Notes: generated by a model not told the origin, from the letters alone. DNA of 64,000 nucleotides from Phenylobacterium sp. (GCF_025934275.1 NZ_JAICYI010000008.1:5169-69168); one strand, 5' to 3'; shown: positions 1 through 14,922, numbered from the stretch's first letter. A program made the numbers and translations.

Positions 1-454
1 TCTGCGCATAGGCCTGGTGGACGACGGGATCCATCTCCTGCCCGATGCGGGCGATGGCCTTCTGCTCGGTGGCCTGGATCTCGCGGTCACGCAGCTGGGC
101 TTTTTCCTGCAGGGCGTTGTAGCGGCCCTGCAGCGCCGAACCGCGCTGCTGGAAAGTCTTGGCGTCGAGGCTCGCGCGCTGCGACTCGAGCGCCTTGCCT
201 TCGGTCTCGATCGTGGACTGCTCGGGGGCGAGCTCGGCCTTCACCTGCGCGACCAGCTGCTGCATGCGGCTGTCGACGTACTTGCCGACCGTCGAGGTGC
301 CGATCGCAGCCTCGATGTTGATCACGCAGACGCCGTTGATCGCCGGGCCGGCGTTGGCCGGCGCGGCGGCCGCAGTCTGGGCGGAGGCGCTGGAAGCGAC
401 TGCCAGGGCGCCGAAGGCGGCGCATGCGGCCGTGAGGACGTGTTTCGAAGTCAT
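1..454 (-). CDS. skp: OmpH/Skp family periplasmic outer-membrane-protein chaperone (3' end runs off window)
   Basis: Hand translation from ATG 454: MTSKHVLTAACAAFGALAVASSASAQ (signal peptide)...GVCVINIEAAIGTSTVGK, then Q/K/E-rich coiled coil. Directly downstream of bamA. Not in the ORF track because the stop lies outside the window. Confidence 0.85.
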   Translation of the reverse strand, partial: MTSKHVLTAACAAFGALAVASSASAQTAAAAPANAGPAINGVCVINIEAAIGTSTVGKYVDSRMQQLVAQVKAELAPEQSTIETEGKALESQRASLDAKTFQQRGSALQGRYNALQEKAQLRDREIQATEQKAIARIGQEMDPVVHQAYAQ

Positions 455-459
455 GTGTC

Positions 460-2877
460 TTAGAACCTGGTTGCAGTGGAAAACCGGAAGGTTTCGGTCT
501 TGTCGTAGGGCTGCTTGGCGAGGATCCCGCTCAGGTCGAAGCGAAGCGGACCCATGGGCGACTTCCAGAATATGCTGATCCCCGCCGAGGCGCGCAGCGA
601 CAGATCGTCCTTGATGTCCGGATTGGGCGCGAGGATGAAATTGCCGTTGGCGTCCTTCTGGAAGCCCTGGGTCAGGTCGCTGGGGTTGACGGGCACCGGC
701 GTCAGCTTGTCGATCGGATCGAGCAGGCCGAGCGTCCCGAAATCGGTGAACAGGGCGGCCTTGATGCCGTACTGCTCGGGCAGGTAGGTCGGGATGGTGA
801 GCTCGATCGAACCGATCGCGTAGGCCTTGCCGCCCAACGAGTCGCTGCGCCCGAACGTGAGGTCTCTTGGACCGATGCCGGCCGTCTGGAAGCCGCGGAA
901 GTCGTTGCCGCCCTTGTAGAAGCGGTCATTGATCCGCACGTGGTCGCCGCCCCAGCCGCCCACGAAGCCCGCCTGGCCGGTGACACTGAGGATGAAGTCC
1001 TTGTTGAAGCCGTGGTACCAGCCGGTCTCCCCTTCGGTGCGGACGTACTTCACGTCACCGCCCAGGCCGGCGAAGTCCTGGTTGATGCTGACGAAGAATC
1101 CGCGGGAAGGATTGATGGCGTCGTTGCGGCGATCGAGGCGCCACCCGTAGCCGGCCAGCGAGGTGATGAAGGAGCCGCGCTCGGCGCAGATCGAAAACGA
1201 CACCAGCGCCTGGCTCGGGTCGCAGAGCGACGAGTCGAGCGAGACGTCGTCGTTGCGCAAGGTGTAGACAGCCGATCCGCGCGAGTTGAGGCTCATCGGG
1301 AAGCTCACGCGCACGTTGGCCCCGATGCTTTTGCTGCGGTAGGCCGAGAACTGACTGAGGTCGTAGTCGTAGTAGAAGATGTCGGTGCCCAGCCCGAGGT
1401 CGCGGCCGCCGAAGCGCGGTTCGGTGAACGACAGGTCCACCTGCTTGCTGATGGAGCCCCAGGACGCCCGCGCGCGCAGATCCTGGCCGCGGCCGCGGAA
1501 GTTGTGCTGCGCGAATCCCACATCGAGCACCAGTTGATCGACGGAGGAGTAGCCGGCGCTGAACGACAGCTCGCCGGTGGGCTGCTCGGTGACCTTCACC
1601 TGCAGGTCGGTGCGGTCGGGCGCCGAGCCGGGCGTCTCGGTGATGTCGACGTCCTTGAAGAAGCCTAGCGCCTTGATCTGCTGCTTGGAGCGGTCGACCA
1701 GCGCGCGGTTGTAGGCGTCGCCTTCGACGACGTTCATCTCCCGGCGGATCACGTAGTCCAGGGTCTGGGTGTTGCCGACGATGTCGATCCGGTCGATGTA
1801 GACGCGCGGGCCCTCCTTGACGTCGAAGATCACGTCGACCGTCTTGGTCTCGGGATGGCGGGTGAAGCGCGGCCGCACGTCCACGAAAGCGAAGCCCGCG
1901 GCGCCGGCCGCGAACGTCAGCGCATCCGTCGAGTCCTCGAGCTTCTTGTCTTGGTAGATCTCGCCCGTGTGGATCGGCACCAGCGCCTGCAGGATGCTCG
2001 GATTGAGCTTCTGCAGCTCGGTCTCCACCGTGATCTTGCCGAACTTGTACTCCGGGCCCTCGTCGACGGTGTAGGTCACGACGAAGCCGTTCTTGTCGGG
2101 CGCCAGCTCGGCCACGGCGGAGATCACCCGGAAATCGTAATAGCCGCGGTTGCGGTAGAACTTGCGAAGCTGCTCCTTGTCGTACTCCAGCCGGTCCGGG
2201 TCGTAGTTGGCGTTGGAGGAGAAGAACTTGTACCAGTGCGACTGCTCGGTCACGACGACGCCGCGCAGGTCATTGTCCGAGAAGGCTTTGTTGCCCAGGA
2301 AGTTGACCCGCAGGATGCCGCTCTTCGGGCCCTCGTCGATCTTGAAAATCAGGTCCACGCGCTTCTGTGGCAGCTCGACGATCTGCGGCGTCACGGTCGC
2401 CGAGATGCGCCCCGATCGGCGATAGAGTTCCAGGATTCGGGCCACGTCGGATTGCACCTTGGCGCGGGTGAAGATGCCGCGCGGGCGAACGCTGACCTCG
2501 TCCTTGAGCTTGTCTTCCTTGAGGCTCGAGTTTCCCTCGAACAGCACCCTGTTGATGATCGGGTTCTCGACGATGGTCACGATCAGATCGCCGTCCTGGT
2601 AGTCGATCTTCACGTCGGAGAAGAGGTCGGTGCGGAACAGCGCCTTGAGGGCGAGGTCCGCCTTGGCCGAGTCCACCGTGTCGCCCACCTGGATCGGTAG
2701 GTAGGAGATCACCGTCGAAGGTTCGATCCGCTCGTTGCCCTTGACGATGATCCGCTTGACGACGCCGCCCTGTTGCACCTGCGCCGTCGCGGGGTCCGGC
2801 GCGACGAGCGCCGTCGACCCTAGAAGTAGGGCAAGGCCGGTGGCGAGCGCGGCGCTGCGGGCGCGGGTTCTGTGCAT
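460..2877 (-). CDS. bamA: Outer membrane protein assembly factor BamA
   Basis: 805 aa; signal peptide, POTRA repeats (IIVKGNERIE, IDIVGNTQTLDYVIRRE), beta-barrel with FRGF motif, terminal F; rseP-bamA-skp synteny. Confidence 0.97.
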   Translation of the reverse strand: MHRTRARSAALATGLALLLGSTALVAPDPATAQVQQGGVVKRIIVKGNERIEPSTVISYLPIQVGDTVDSAKADLALKALFRTDLFSDVKIDYQDGDLIVTIVENPIINRVLFEGNSSLKEDKLKDEVSVRPRGIFTRAKVQSDVARILELYRRSGRISATVTPQIVELPQKRVDLIFKIDEGPKSGILRVNFLGNKAFSDNDLRGVVVTEQSHWYKFFSSNANYDPDRLEYDKEQLRKFYRNRGYYDFRVISAVAELAPDKNGFVVTYTVDEGPEYKFGKITVETELQKLNPSILQALVPIHTGEIYQDKKLEDSTDALTFAAGAAGFAFVDVRPRFTRHPETKTVDVIFDVKEGPRVYIDRIDIVGNTQTLDYVIRREMNVVEGDAYNRALVDRSKQQIKALGFFKDVDITETPGSAPDRTDLQVKVTEQPTGELSFSAGYSSVDQLVLDVGFAQHNFRGRGQDLRARASWGSISKQVDLSFTEPRFGGRDLGLGTDIFYYDYDLSQFSAYRSKSIGANVRVSFPMSLNSRGSAVYTLRNDDVSLDSSLCDPSQALVSFSICAERGSFITSLAGYGWRLDRRNDAINPSRGFFVSINQDFAGLGGDVKYVRTEGETGWYHGFNKDFILSVTGQAGFVGGWGGDHVRINDRFYKGGNDFRGFQTAGIGPRDLTFGRSDSLGGKAYAIGSIELTIPTYLPEQYGIKAALFTDFGTLGLLDPIDKLTPVPVNPSDLTQGFQKDANGNFILAPNPDIKDDLSLRASAGISIFWKSPMGPLRFDLSGILAKQPYDKTETFRFSTATRF

Positions 2878-2907
2878 CGAATCAGCCGTTACTGGGAAAG
2901 GGCGACC

Positions 2908-4125
2908 TTAGGAGGAAAAGCCGCCCAGGAAAGTGAGCACGTGCTGGCGCTGCAGATCGTTCCACGTCGCGAACAACATCAATCCAAGCACCAGAGCAAG
3001 ACCCATCCGATACCCTGCGGCCTGAACCTTGGCAGCAAGAGGGCGTCGCGCCACCGCTTCGTACGCATAGAAGAGCAGGTGTCCCCCGTCGAGCACAGGC
3101 AGCGGCAGCAGGTTCATGAACCCGAGGCTGACGGAGATCGTCGCGGCGATCTGGATCAGGTTCACGCTGACGCCGACCAGCATGGCGCCGACGGTCGGCG
3201 CGCCCTCCGCGCCGAGCGCGGCGACCTTGCCGGTGGCGCTGGCCAGCCCGAGCGGCCCGCGCAGGCCGTCCGCGGAGACCTGTCCGGTCAGCATGCGGCC
3301 GAGGTAATAGACCGTCGTGGTGACCATCCGCCAGGTGCGCGTCGTGGCCTCCGCCACCGCCGGCACAGGGCCATAGTGAACGTGCCGGATCTCGCTCAGC
3401 GAGGCGGCCGTGCCGATGCCCAGCATGCCTTCATGCTGCGCGCCGGCGACGGGATCGTTGACGAGCTCGGACTTGGGCGTGGCGATGAGGTGGAGTTGGC
3501 GCTGGCCCCGCTGGACGAGGAAGTCGATCGGCACCCCGGCCCGGAAGGCGACCACCTGCTTCACGGCGTCGAAGTCCTCGATCGCCCGGCCATCGGCCGC
3601 CAGGATCAGGTCGCCCTTCTGGAAGCCCGCGGCCGCGGCGGCGCTGTTCGGCTGGATCAGGCCGACGCGCGCCGGGATGAGCTCACGGCCGAAAACCATC
3701 AGCAGCCCCGCAAACAGCGCGATGGCGAGCAGGAAGTTCGCCGCCGGCCCCGCGATCACGATCAGCGACCGCTGCCAGATCGGCTTGAAATGGAAGTAGC
3801 GGCGGAGCGCCTGTGGCCCTTCGCTGTCCGCGATGGTGCGGCGCAACTCCGCCAGCTCCGCTTCGTCGGGTATGGACGAGGCGTTCTCGTCGCCGGCGAA
3901 CCGTACGTACCCGCCCAACGGCAGCCATCCGACGCGCCATTCCACCCCCGAACGGTCGCGCCAGCTCAGCAGCGCCCGACCGAAGCCGATCGAGAAGCGG
4001 TCGATGGCGGTGCCCAGCCATTTGGCGACCAGGAAGTGGCCGAGCTCGTGGATCGTGACCAGCAGACCCACGACCAGGAGAAACGCGAGCGCGTAGAGCG
4101 GAGCTGCTTGCAGGAAGCCGAGCAT
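2908..4125 (-). CDS. rseP: RIP metalloprotease RseP (M50 family, PDZ)
   Basis: HELGH zinc motif, NLLPLPVLDGGH motif, PDZ region, position between dxr and bamA. Confidence 0.95.
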   Translation of the reverse strand: MLGFLQAAPLYALAFLLVVGLLVTIHELGHFLVAKWLGTAIDRFSIGFGRALLSWRDRSGVEWRVGWLPLGGYVRFAGDENASSIPDEAELAELRRTIADSEGPQALRRYFHFKPIWQRSLIVIAGPAANFLLAIALFAGLLMVFGRELIPARVGLIQPNSAAAAAGFQKGDLILAADGRAIEDFDAVKQVVAFRAGVPIDFLVQRGQRQLHLIATPKSELVNDPVAGAQHEGMLGIGTAASLSEIRHVHYGPVPAVAEATTRTWRMVTTTVYYLGRMLTGQVSADGLRGPLGLASATGKVAALGAEGAPTVGAMLVGVSVNLIQIAATISVSLGFMNLLPLPVLDGGHLLFYAYEAVARRPLAAKVQAAGYRMGLALVLGLMLFATWNDLQRQHVLTFLGGFSS

Positions 4126-4147
4126 GCCGGGGCGTCTCCTTCCGGGA

Positions 4148-5347
4148 TCAGGCCTGAGCCATAAGGCCGTTCACCACATCGTCCGCCACGCGGCGCGCGG
4201 TCGCATCGGTCGCGCGCGCCGCCTCGAGGACGTCATCGCCGATCGAGGGCAGCCAGGTCTGACGCTCCAGCTGCTCCAAGGTCTGCCCCACCACGCGCGG
4301 AATATCGAGAAAGCCTATTCGACGGTCAAGGAAGGCCGCCACGGCGCTCTCGTTGGCGGCGTTGAGGGCGCCCGGCGCCCGTCCGCCGGCCGCCAGCGCC
4401 GACTTGGCGATCGCGAGGGCCGGGAAGCGTTGCGGGTCCGGAGCCTCGAAGGTGAGCGGGCCCGACGCCACCAGGTCGAGTTTCGGCGCGGGCCACGGCA
4501 GCCGGTCGGGCCAGGCGAAGGCGCAGGCGATCGGCGCGCGCATGTCCGGCGCCCCGAGCTGCGCCAGCGTCGAGCCGTCGGCGTACTCCACCAGGCTGTG
4601 AATGATCTGCTGCGGATGCACCAGGACCTCGATCCGCTCCGGCGGCATAGCGAACAGGTAGGACGCCTCGATCACCTCCAGCCCCTTGTTCATCATGGTG
4701 GCGGAATCGATCGAAATCTTGGCGCCCATGCTGAAGTTGGGATGCGCCAGCGCCTGGGCCGGCGTGGCGGCCGCCATCTGCTCCCGACTGGCGCCGCGGA
4801 ATGGCCCGCCCGACGAGGTGAGGATCAGCCGTGACACCTGGGCGGCGTTCTGGGGCTCCAGCACCTGGAAGATCGCCGAGTGCTCGGAGTCGACGGGGAT
4901 CACCGCGCCGCCCGCGAGCTTCGCCGTGCGCAGCAGCTCCGGCCCCGCGCACACCAGGCTCTCCTTGTTGGCTAGCGCCACGACTGCGCCGGAGCGGGCC
5001 GCGGCGAGGGTCGGGGCGAGGCCCGCGAAACCGACGATCGCCGACATCACCCACTGGGCGTCCGCCGAGGCCGCCTCCAGCACCGCGGCGGCGCCGGCGG
5101 CCGTGGCGACGCCCGATCCGGTCAGCCGCGTGCGGAGCTCCGGCAGCGCCCGTTCGTCCTCGATGACCGCGACCTCGGGGCGCCAGCGCCGGGCCTGCTC
5201 GGCCAGCAGCGCCGCATTGCGCCCGGCGGCGAGCGCTGCGACTTCCACCTCCACGCCGGATCGCGCCAGGAGGTCGAGCGTGGAAACGCCCACCGAACCC
5301 GTCGATCCCAGGACGCTGATCTTACGCGGCAGGTTCAATGGCCCCAT
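4148..5347 (-). CDS. dxr: 1-deoxy-D-xylulose-5-phosphate reductoisomerase
   Basis: [42 protein letters not shown] motifs. Start re-called to ATG 5347 (MGPLNLPRK); the track ORF extends into cdsA. Confidence 0.95.
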   Translation of the reverse strand: MGPLNLPRKISVLGSTGSVGVSTLDLLARSGVEVEVAALAAGRNAALLAEQARRWRPEVAVIEDERALPELRTRLTGSGVATAAGAAAVLEAASADAQWVMSAIVGFAGLAPTLAAARSGAVVALANKESLVCAGPELLRTAKLAGGAVIPVDSEHSAIFQVLEPQNAAQVSRLILTSSGGPFRGASREQMAAATPAQALAHPNFSMGAKISIDSATMMNKGLEVIEASYLFAMPPERIEVLVHPQQIIHSLVEYADGSTLAQLGAPDMRAPIACAFAWPDRLPWPAPKLDLVASGPLTFEAPDPQRFPALAIAKSALAAGGRAPGALNAANESAVAAFLDRRIGFLDIPRVVGQTLEQLERQTWLPSIGDDVLEAARATDATARRVADDVVNGLMAQA

Positions 5348-6162
5348 CCCAGGTGGTTGGCGAGGCGGGCGGCAGCCATCACCACGACGGCGAACATCAA
5401 CCCATCGACGCGGTCCAGCAAGCCGCCATGGCCGGGGATCAGGTCGCCTGAGTCCTTGACCCCGAAGCGCCGCTTGAGGGCCGACTCCCACAGGTCGCCG
5501 GCCATGGTCGCAAGGCCGACGGCCAGGCCCACCAGCGCCGCGGCGCGCAGGTCCAGGCGGAAGGTCGACTTCGCCGCCATCAGGGTGCCCACCAACGTCG
5601 CCGCCGCAAGCCCGCCCACGAAACCCGACCAGGTCTTGTTGGGCGAGAACCTGGGCCAGAGCTTGGGCCCCTTGAGCAGGCTTCCAATGGCGAAGGCTCC
5701 GATGTCGGCCGCCCAGGTGCAGGCGAACAGCATCAGCGTCCACCATTCACCCTGGTTGGTCGAGCGTAGCCAGACCAGGCACACCGCGGCCGGAGCGATA
5801 TAGAGCACGCCATAGGCCGCGTCGACCGCCCGTTCGGCCACGCCGCGGGCGATGACCGCCGCTGCGACGGCGCCTATGGGCACGGCGAGCCAGGCCGTCT
5901 TGATCAGCCCGAGATGCGCCAGGAACACCGCCGCCAGCACGGCTGCGGTCAGGGCGGCGGCGACCCTCACCGGGGCGCGCGGCGCGCTCATCCCGCCCCA
6001 CTCGATGGCCAGCAGCGCCAGTCCGATCGAGATCACCAGCAGGAAGATCCAGCCGCCGTGCCAGGCGGCGAACAGGGCCGAGGGGACGAGGACCACGGCC
6101 GAGGCGACCCGCAGGCGCAGGTTCGACCAGTCGAAGCGCCTAGCCTGTGGCAAGGGCGTCAT
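5335..6162 (-). CDS. cdsA: Phosphatidate cytidylyltransferase
   Basis: Hydrophobic; SPNKTWSG and [24 protein letters not shown] signature. Confidence 0.95.
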   Translation of the reverse strand: MTPLPQARRFDWSNLRLRVASAVVLVPSALFAAWHGGWIFLLVISIGLALLAIEWGGMSAPRAPVRVAAALTAAVLAAVFLAHLGLIKTAWLAVPIGAVAAAVIARGVAERAVDAAYGVLYIAPAAVCLVWLRSTNQGEWWTLMLFACTWAADIGAFAIGSLLKGPKLWPRFSPNKTWSGFVGGLAAATLVGTLMAAKSTFRLDLRAAALVGLAVGLATMAGDLWESALKRRFGVKDSGDLIPGHGGLLDRVDGLMFAVVVMAAARLANHLGWGH

Positions 6163-6919
6163 CGGCCACGACGGCGCCGTAGCGACGGTTCCGGGTGTAG
6201 AACTCGGCGAGCGCCGCCTCGAGGTGATGGGCGGAATAGTCCGGCCAGAGCACGTCCTGGAAGACGAACTCGGCGTAGGCCGCCTGCCAGAGCATGAAGT
6301 TGGACAGCCGCTGCTCGCCCGACGGACGGATGATGACGTCAGGATCCGGCGCGCCCCCGGTGGAGAGCAGGCTCGCGAACCGCGCTTCGGTGATGTCGCC
6401 GGGTTCAGCCTGGCCGGCCGCCACGTCTTCGGCGAAGCGGCGCGCGGCGTCCACGATGTCGGCCTTGCCGCCGTAGTTGAACGCCACCGTCAGGAAGAAG
6501 GCGTCGTTGCCGACCGTGCGCCGTTCGGCCTCGTCGCAGATCTTCACCAGGTCGCGGCTCAGGCCCTGCCGACTGCCGATCACCCCGACGCGCACGCCCT
6601 CGCGCTCCAACCGCGCCAGATCGGTCTCGAAGTAGCGCTTCGGCAGCGCCATGAGTTCGGCGACTTCGGCCGCCGGCCGGCTCCAGTTCTCGGTGGAGAA
6701 GCCGAACACCGTCAGCCATTTGATGTTGAGCTTCGGCGCCGCCTCGACGATCCGCTTGAGCGCCTCGACGCCCGCCCGATGGCCGAGCGTGCGGGGCAGG
6801 CCGCGTCGCTTCGCCCAGCGGCCATTGCCGTCCATCACGATCGCGACGTGCAACGGCGGATGGGCTTGGCCATCCTGACCGCGCTCGCCCGCGGTCGGGG
6901 TGTCGTTCGGGGCGGCCAT
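6140..6919 (-). CDS. uppS: Undecaprenyl diphosphate synthase (isoprenyl transferase)
   Basis: HVAIVMDGNGRWA, FSTENWSR, RPSGEQRLSNF motifs. Confidence 0.95.
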   Translation of the reverse strand: MAAPNDTPTAGERGQDGQAHPPLHVAIVMDGNGRWAKRRGLPRTLGHRAGVEALKRIVEAAPKLNIKWLTVFGFSTENWSRPAAEVAELMALPKRYFETDLARLEREGVRVGVIGSRQGLSRDLVKICDEAERRTVGNDAFFLTVAFNYGGKADIVDAARRFAEDVAAGQAEPGDITEARFASLLSTGGAPDPDVIIRPSGEQRLSNFMLWQAAYAEFVFQDVLWPDYSAHHLEAALAEFYTRNRRYGAVVADDALATG

Positions 6920-6957
6920 CGACGTTCCGGGAGTCCTTCAGGCGCGAGCGCGCACGC

Positions 6958-7524
6958 CTAGACGTGCATGATCTCTTGTTCCTTGGTTTTCAAGGCTTCG
7001 TCGATGCGCTTGATCGCCTCGTCGGTGATCTTCTGCACCTCGCCTTCCATGCGCTTGTGCTCGTCCTGATTGACGGCTCCGTCCTTCTCCGCCTTCCTCA
7101 GGTCGTCGTTGGCGTCACGCCGCACGTTGCGCACCGCCACCCGCTGCTGCTCGGCGTATTTGTGGGCGACCTTGACGATCTCCTTGCGGCGCTCCTCGGT
7201 GAGCGCAGGGATGGGGATGCGCAGGTTCTGGCCGTCGACGACCGGATTGAGCCCCAGGCCCGCGTTGCGGATCGCCTTCTCGACCGAGACAACCAGGCCC
7301 TTGTCCCAGACGCTCACCATCAGCATGCGCGCCTCCGGGACGCTCACGGCGCCCACCTGGTTGAGCGGCATTGCGGAGCCGTAGGCCTCCACGTGCACCG
7401 GATCCAGCAGGCTCGCCGAGGCCCGGCCGGTGCGCAGGCTCGCGAACTCGTCCTTCAGCGCCTGGACCGCCTTGTCCATGCGATCCCTATACCTGGAGAG
7501 CACCGGCTTTTCGGTGGCGGCCAT
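6958..7524 (-). CDS. frr: Ribosome recycling factor
   Basis: [30 protein letters not shown] motifs. Confidence 0.97.
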   Translation of the reverse strand: MAATEKPVLSRYRDRMDKAVQALKDEFASLRTGRASASLLDPVHVEAYGSAMPLNQVGAVSVPEARMLMVSVWDKGLVVSVEKAIRNAGLGLNPVVDGQNLRIPIPALTEERRKEIVKVAHKYAEQQRVAVRNVRRDANDDLRKAEKDGAVNQDEHKRMEGEVQKITDEAIKRIDEALKTKEQEIMHV

Positions 7525-7558
7525 GGTCTTGCTCCTTCGTACGGCTGGAGGCGGCCGA

Positions 7559-8278
7559 TCAGGCGATGGTGGTGAACACTCCCTCGCCGGTCAGCACCTT
7601 CAGGAGATTGCCCCGTTCGCGAATCGAGAAGACCACGATCGGGATATGGTTGTCGCGCATCAGGCTGACCGCCGAGGCGTCCATCACCCGCAGATCCTTG
7701 GCCAACACGTCCTGGTAGGTCAGCGTCTCGAAGCGTTCGGCCTTGCGGTCCTGCTTGGGGTCGGCCGTGTAGACGCCGTCGACGCTGGTGCCCTTGAAGA
7801 GCGCGTCGCAGCCCATCTCGGCCGCGCGAAGCGCCGCCGCGGAATCCGTCGTGAAATAGGGCGCGCCCAGCCCGGCGGCGAAGATCACCACCCTGCCCTT
7901 CTCCAGGTGCCGCAGCGCCCGGCGTCGGATGTAGGGCTCGCAGACCGCCTCCATCGGGATGGCGGACTGCACGCGGGTGTAGACGCCCTTCTTTTCAAGC
8001 GAGGCCTGCAGAGCCAGGGCGTTCATCACCGTCGCCAGCATGCCCATGTAGTCGGCGCTGGCCCGTTCCATACCGGTCTCGGCGAGCGCCGCGCCGCGGA
8101 AGATGTTGCCGCCGCCAACCACCAGGCAGACCTGCACGCCCGCGCGCACCACCTGGCAGATCTCGTCGGTGACGATGTCGAGGGTCTTGGCGTCGATTCC
8201 GAACTGGTCGCCGCCAACGCCCGCCTCCCCCGAGAGCTTCAGGAGGATGCGTTTGTAGCGGGGCTGCGCGTCGGGCAT
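7559..8278 (-). CDS. pyrH: UMP kinase
   Basis: [44 protein letters not shown]. Confidence 0.97.
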   Translation of the reverse strand: MPDAQPRYKRILLKLSGEAGVGGDQFGIDAKTLDIVTDEICQVVRAGVQVCLVVGGGNIFRGAALAETGMERASADYMGMLATVMNALALQASLEKKGVYTRVQSAIPMEAVCEPYIRRRALRHLEKGRVVIFAAGLGAPYFTTDSAAALRAAEMGCDALFKGTSVDGVYTADPKQDRKAERFETLTYQDVLAKDLRVMDASAVSLMRDNHIPIVVFSIRERGNLLKVLTGEGVFTTIA

Positions 8279-8313
8279 GGCCCAATCCCTATCGCAAACC
8301 GCGCATAAGCCAA

Positions 8314-8343
8314 GGGCGCGGCCTGCATTTGCGGGCCGCGCCC
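8314..8343 (-). terminator. GC-rich hairpin after tsf, probable terminator or attenuating stem
   Basis: Inverted repeat GGGCGCGGCCTGCA-TT-TGCGGGCCGCGCCC just after the tsf stop; U-tract is weak. Confidence 0.5.
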
Positions 8344-8367
8344 CTGCGATGGCGACCGTGGCCGCCG

Positions 8368-9306
8368 TCAGCCGCGGCCGGACATCTGAGCGACCTCGGC
8401 GGCGAAGTCGTCGGCCTTCTTCTCGACGCCTTCACCGAGCTTGAACCGCACGAACGCCTTTACGGCGACCGGCGCGCCGATCTGCTTGGAGGTCTCGCCG
8501 ATCAGCTGCTCGATCGTCTTGTCCGGGTCCATGACGAAGGGCTGCTTCAAGAGCACGACCTCCTCCTGCCACTTGCGGATCCGGCCTTCGACCATCTTCT
8601 CGGCGATCTCCCGGGGCTTGCCCGATTCCATCGCCATCTGGGTCTGGATCTCGCGTTCCTTGGCGACCACGGCGGGATCGAGCTGATCCGACGTGAGCGC
8701 CAGCGGCGGGGTCGGCGTGCCGGCCACGTGCATGGCGATGCGCCGGCCGACGTCCCGCAGCTGGGCTTGATCGCCGGTGCTCTCGAGGGCCACCAGCACC
8801 GCGAGCTGCGCGACATCGTCGCCCTGCTTGTTGTGCAAGTAGAGCGATACCGCGCCCTGCCCGACGCTGAGCTTCGCCGAGCGGCGCACGCGCATGTTCT
8901 CGCCGATCGTGGCGATCAGGTTCATCACGTGGTCGGCCACGGTCTCGCCGTTCGGCAGCGTCGCCTGGGAGATCGCGTCCACCCCGCCCTCGACGTTCAA
9001 CGCCACGCGCGCGATGTCGCGGGCGGCCTGCTGGAACTTGTCGTTCTTGGCCACGAAGTCGGTTTCGGCGTTGAGCTCGACGAGCACGCCGGTCTTGCCG
9101 TCGCCGCTGACCAGGCCCGCCACGAGGCCTTCGGCCGCGGCGCGGTCGGACTTCTTGGCGGCCTTCGACAGCCCCTTGGTGCGCAACCAGTCCATGGCCG
9201 CATCCAGGTCGGCGCCCGTCTCCTGCAGCGCCTTCTTGCAATCCATCATGCCTGCGCCGGACTTCTCCCGCAGGTCCTTGACCAGCGCAGCGGTCACTTC
9301 CGCCAT
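8368..9306 (-). CDS. tsf: Translation elongation factor Ts
   Basis: [31 protein letters not shown]. Start re-called to ATG 9306 ([10 protein letters not shown]). Confidence 0.97.
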   Translation of the reverse strand: MAEVTAALVKDLREKSGAGMMDCKKALQETGADLDAAMDWLRTKGLSKAAKKSDRAAAEGLVAGLVSGDGKTGVLVELNAETDFVAKNDKFQQAARDIARVALNVEGGVDAISQATLPNGETVADHVMNLIATIGENMRVRRSAKLSVGQGAVSLYLHNKQGDDVAQLAVLVALESTGDQAQLRDVGRRIAMHVAGTPTPPLALTSDQLDPAVVAKEREIQTQMAMESGKPREIAEKMVEGRIRKWQEEVVLLKQPFVMDPDKTIEQLIGETSKQIGAPVAVKAFVRFKLGEGVEKKADDFAAEVAQMSGRG

Positions 9307-9392
9307 TGGTCGGCTCCTTCGATTCATCTCAGACGTGCGGGGTCCCTTGCAGGATCCGCCGCGACAGGGGCGCGGACGCGAGGGGGAACCCC

Positions 9393-10337
9393 TCAGCCCG
9401 CTTGCTCTTCGCTCGGGGTCTCGGTCGCGGCGGCGTCTTCCGCCGCCGCGGTGGTCTCCGGCTCGGCCTCCGGCGCCGCGGCCGCAGCCTCCAGCTCGGC
9501 CGCCGCACCTTCGAGCTCGGGCGTGGCAGCTTCTGGCTCCGCCGGCTCGGCCGGTTCAGCCGGCTTAGCCGCCGCCTTGGCCGCCTTGCGCGACAGCGCC
9601 GGCTCGACCGGAGCCTCGGCCGCACCGAGATCGACCCCCGCCGCCGCCTGGCCGGCGGCCAGGCCGTCGAGGATCGCGTCGGCCATCAAGTCGCAATAGA
9701 GCTGGATGGCGCGCGCCGCGTCATCGTTGCCGGGGATCGGGAAGGTGATCCCGTCGGGGCCCGAGTTGGTGTCGAGGATGGCGATCACCGGGATGTTCAG
9801 CTTGCGCGCCTCCTGGATCGCGATCGCCTCCTTGTTGGTGTCGATCACGAACATCAGGTCGGGGATGCCGCCCATGTCCTTGATGCCGCCCAGGCTGAGC
9901 TCCAGCTTGTCCCGCTCACGGGTGAGCTGCAGCAGCTCCTTCTTCGAGCGGCCCTGGCCCTCGCCTTCCAGCAGGCCCTCGAGCTCCCGCAGCCGCGCGA
10001 TCGAGTTGGAGACCGTGCGCCAGTTGGTGAGCGTGCCGCCCAGCCAGCGGTGGTTCACATAGTACTGGGCGCAGCGCTTGGCGGTCGTGGCGATCGGCTC
10101 CGAGGCCTGGCGCTTGGTGCCGACGAACAGGATCCGCCCGCCCGCGGCTGCGACCTCGCGCGCCTTCACCAGGGCCTGGTGCAGCAGCGGGATCGACTGG
10201 CTGAGATCGATGATGTGGATGTTGGAGCGGATGCCGAAGATGTACCGCTCCATCTTCGGATTCCAGCGATGGGTCTGGTGGCCGAAGTGGGCGCCGGCTT
10301 CCAGGAGCTGACGCATGGAGAATTCAGGAAGCGCCAT
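9393..10337 (-). CDS. rpsB: 30S ribosomal protein S2 with Ala/Glu/Pro-rich C-terminal tail
   Basis: [40 protein letters not shown]. Confidence 0.97.
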   Translation of the reverse strand: MALPEFSMRQLLEAGAHFGHQTHRWNPKMERYIFGIRSNIHIIDLSQSIPLLHQALVKAREVAAAGGRILFVGTKRQASEPIATTAKRCAQYYVNHRWLGGTLTNWRTVSNSIARLRELEGLLEGEGQGRSKKELLQLTRERDKLELSLGGIKDMGGIPDLMFVIDTNKEAIAIQEARKLNIPVIAILDTNSGPDGITFPIPGNDDAARAIQLYCDLMADAILDGLAAGQAAAGVDLGAAEAPVEPALSRKAAKAAAKPAEPAEPAEPEAATPELEGAAAELEAAAAAPEAEPETTAAAEDAAATETPSEEQAG

Positions 10338-10455
10338 TGGCTTTCACAAAGTCCTTCTTCCGGTTCTGCCGCCGCAGGCTGCCCCTCCCGAGGGAGGACC
10401 GGACTGGAGAACGGCGGGATGTCTCCCCGTCGCCGCCAACGCCTGCGTGTGGAAT
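10338..10455 (-). promoter_or_regulatory. rpsB 5' leader (t44-like S2 autoregulatory RNA element)
   Basis: Minus-strand leader CCACACGCAGGC...GCCTGCGGCGGCAGAACCGG; CGCAGGC/GCCTGCG pair to close an internal stem. Position and ACAC start resemble known rpsB leaders. Confidence 0.6.
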
Positions 10456-10464
10456 GAGGCGGGC

Positions 10465-10492
10465 AGATAGGGGCTAAGCTGCGAAAAAGCAA
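10465..10492 (-). promoter_or_regulatory. Putative sigma70 promoter of rpsB-tsf
   Basis: Minus strand TTGCTT-N16-CTATCT just upstream of the leader. Confidence 0.45.
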
Positions 10493-10514
10493 GGCCGCCG
10501 CCCGCGGCTTGCGG

Positions 10515-11195
10515 CTAACGGGCCCGCACCGTGACCATGGCCATCAGCCGCCTCAGCCGGTAGCCGAGCGCCTCGTAGATGGCGATCGCCGGGACGTTAT
10601 GGTCGTAGACGTGCAGGAACGGCGTCTCGCCCCGCGCGACGATCCGCTCGGCCACCACGCTCATCAGGCCCGCGGCGTAGCCGTGGCCGCGATGATCGGG
10701 ATGCACGCAGACCCCGGAGACCTCGGTGAACCCGTCCGGCTTCATCCGCTCGCCCGCCATGGCGATCAGCGCGCCATCCCGCTTGATCCCCACGAAGTCG
10801 CCGAGCTGGTGGGTGCGGCTGGAGAACGGGCCCGGGCGGGTCAGGCCAGCCAGCGCCAGCATCTCCGGCGCGTCGTCGTCGGTGAGCTCGACCCAGGCGA
10901 AGTCAGGCCCGACCAGCTTCACCTCCTCGGCGGTCATCTGCCAGAGGACATCCCGCGACATCACCTCCAGCCCCGGCGGCACATCGGGCGGCTCGGCTTC
11001 GACGAGCGCCGAAGCGCCGTGGACGCGGACGAGGTCGGTGAGCGCGGCCCGGCTCTCATCCGATGCGTCCCTGGCGACGGCGAAAACGCCGTAGGCGGGA
11101 TCGATGCGGCGGGCGCGCTCGTCGCCGAAGGCGAGCGCCTTCTGGCGCGTAACGAGCGAGGTCCAGATCGGCCGGTCGAGCGGATGAGCCCTCAT
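10515..11195 (-). CDS. GNAT family N-acetyltransferase (FR47-like C-terminal domain)
   Basis: EVSGVCVHPDHRGHGYA acetyl-CoA binding motif, FLHVYDHN..AIAIYEALGY. Confidence 0.85.
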   Translation of the reverse strand: MRAHPLDRPIWTSLVTRQKALAFGDERARRIDPAYGVFAVARDASDESRAALTDLVRVHGASALVEAEPPDVPPGLEVMSRDVLWQMTAEEVKLVGPDFAWVELTDDDAPEMLALAGLTRPGPFSSRTHQLGDFVGIKRDGALIAMAGERMKPDGFTEVSGVCVHPDHRGHGYAAGLMSVVAERIVARGETPFLHVYDHNVPAIAIYEALGYRLRRLMAMVTVRAR

Positions 11196-11242
11196 GGACC
11201 CAATCTAGGGGCGCGCGGACCGAAGCGCTCGCAGCTTTCGGC

Positions 11243-11487
11243 TCAGTCGTCCTTCTCGGGATGCTTCTCGTGCTCGAGGTAGCTGAAGCCTTTGTAACGC
11301 TTCACCGGATGGAAGCTCGACGGACCGAGCGCCTTGATCTCCGCCGTCCCGGCGCGGCGATGGGAGGTCGAGACGTGCGCCTTGGGCGCGCGAGCCGCAT
11401 GAAAGCCCGGGAGCCGATGGGTGCGGGCCTGTGCGGCGCCGGCCGCACAGAGGCCGATGAGGAGGCTCAAGGCTGCGCGTCCGATCA

Positions 11488-11488
<1 letters not shown>
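11243..11488 (-). CDS. Small putative secreted basic protein (81 aa), unknown function
   Basis: ATG overlaps the dnaE stop (TGATG); signal-peptide-like N-terminus ending AAQA; His/Lys/Arg-rich mature part. Confidence 0.6.

Positions 11489-14922
<3,434 letters not shown>

Noticed and set aside
580-720. Extra loop in the BamA C-terminal barrel (PVPVNPSDLTQGFQKDANGNFILAP)
   Set aside because: Extracellular loop length varies widely in BamA; nothing here supports special significance without an alignment.
9393-9620. AEP-repeat acidic tail of ribosomal protein S2
   Set aside because: Low-complexity C-terminal extensions are common in alphaproteobacterial S2.
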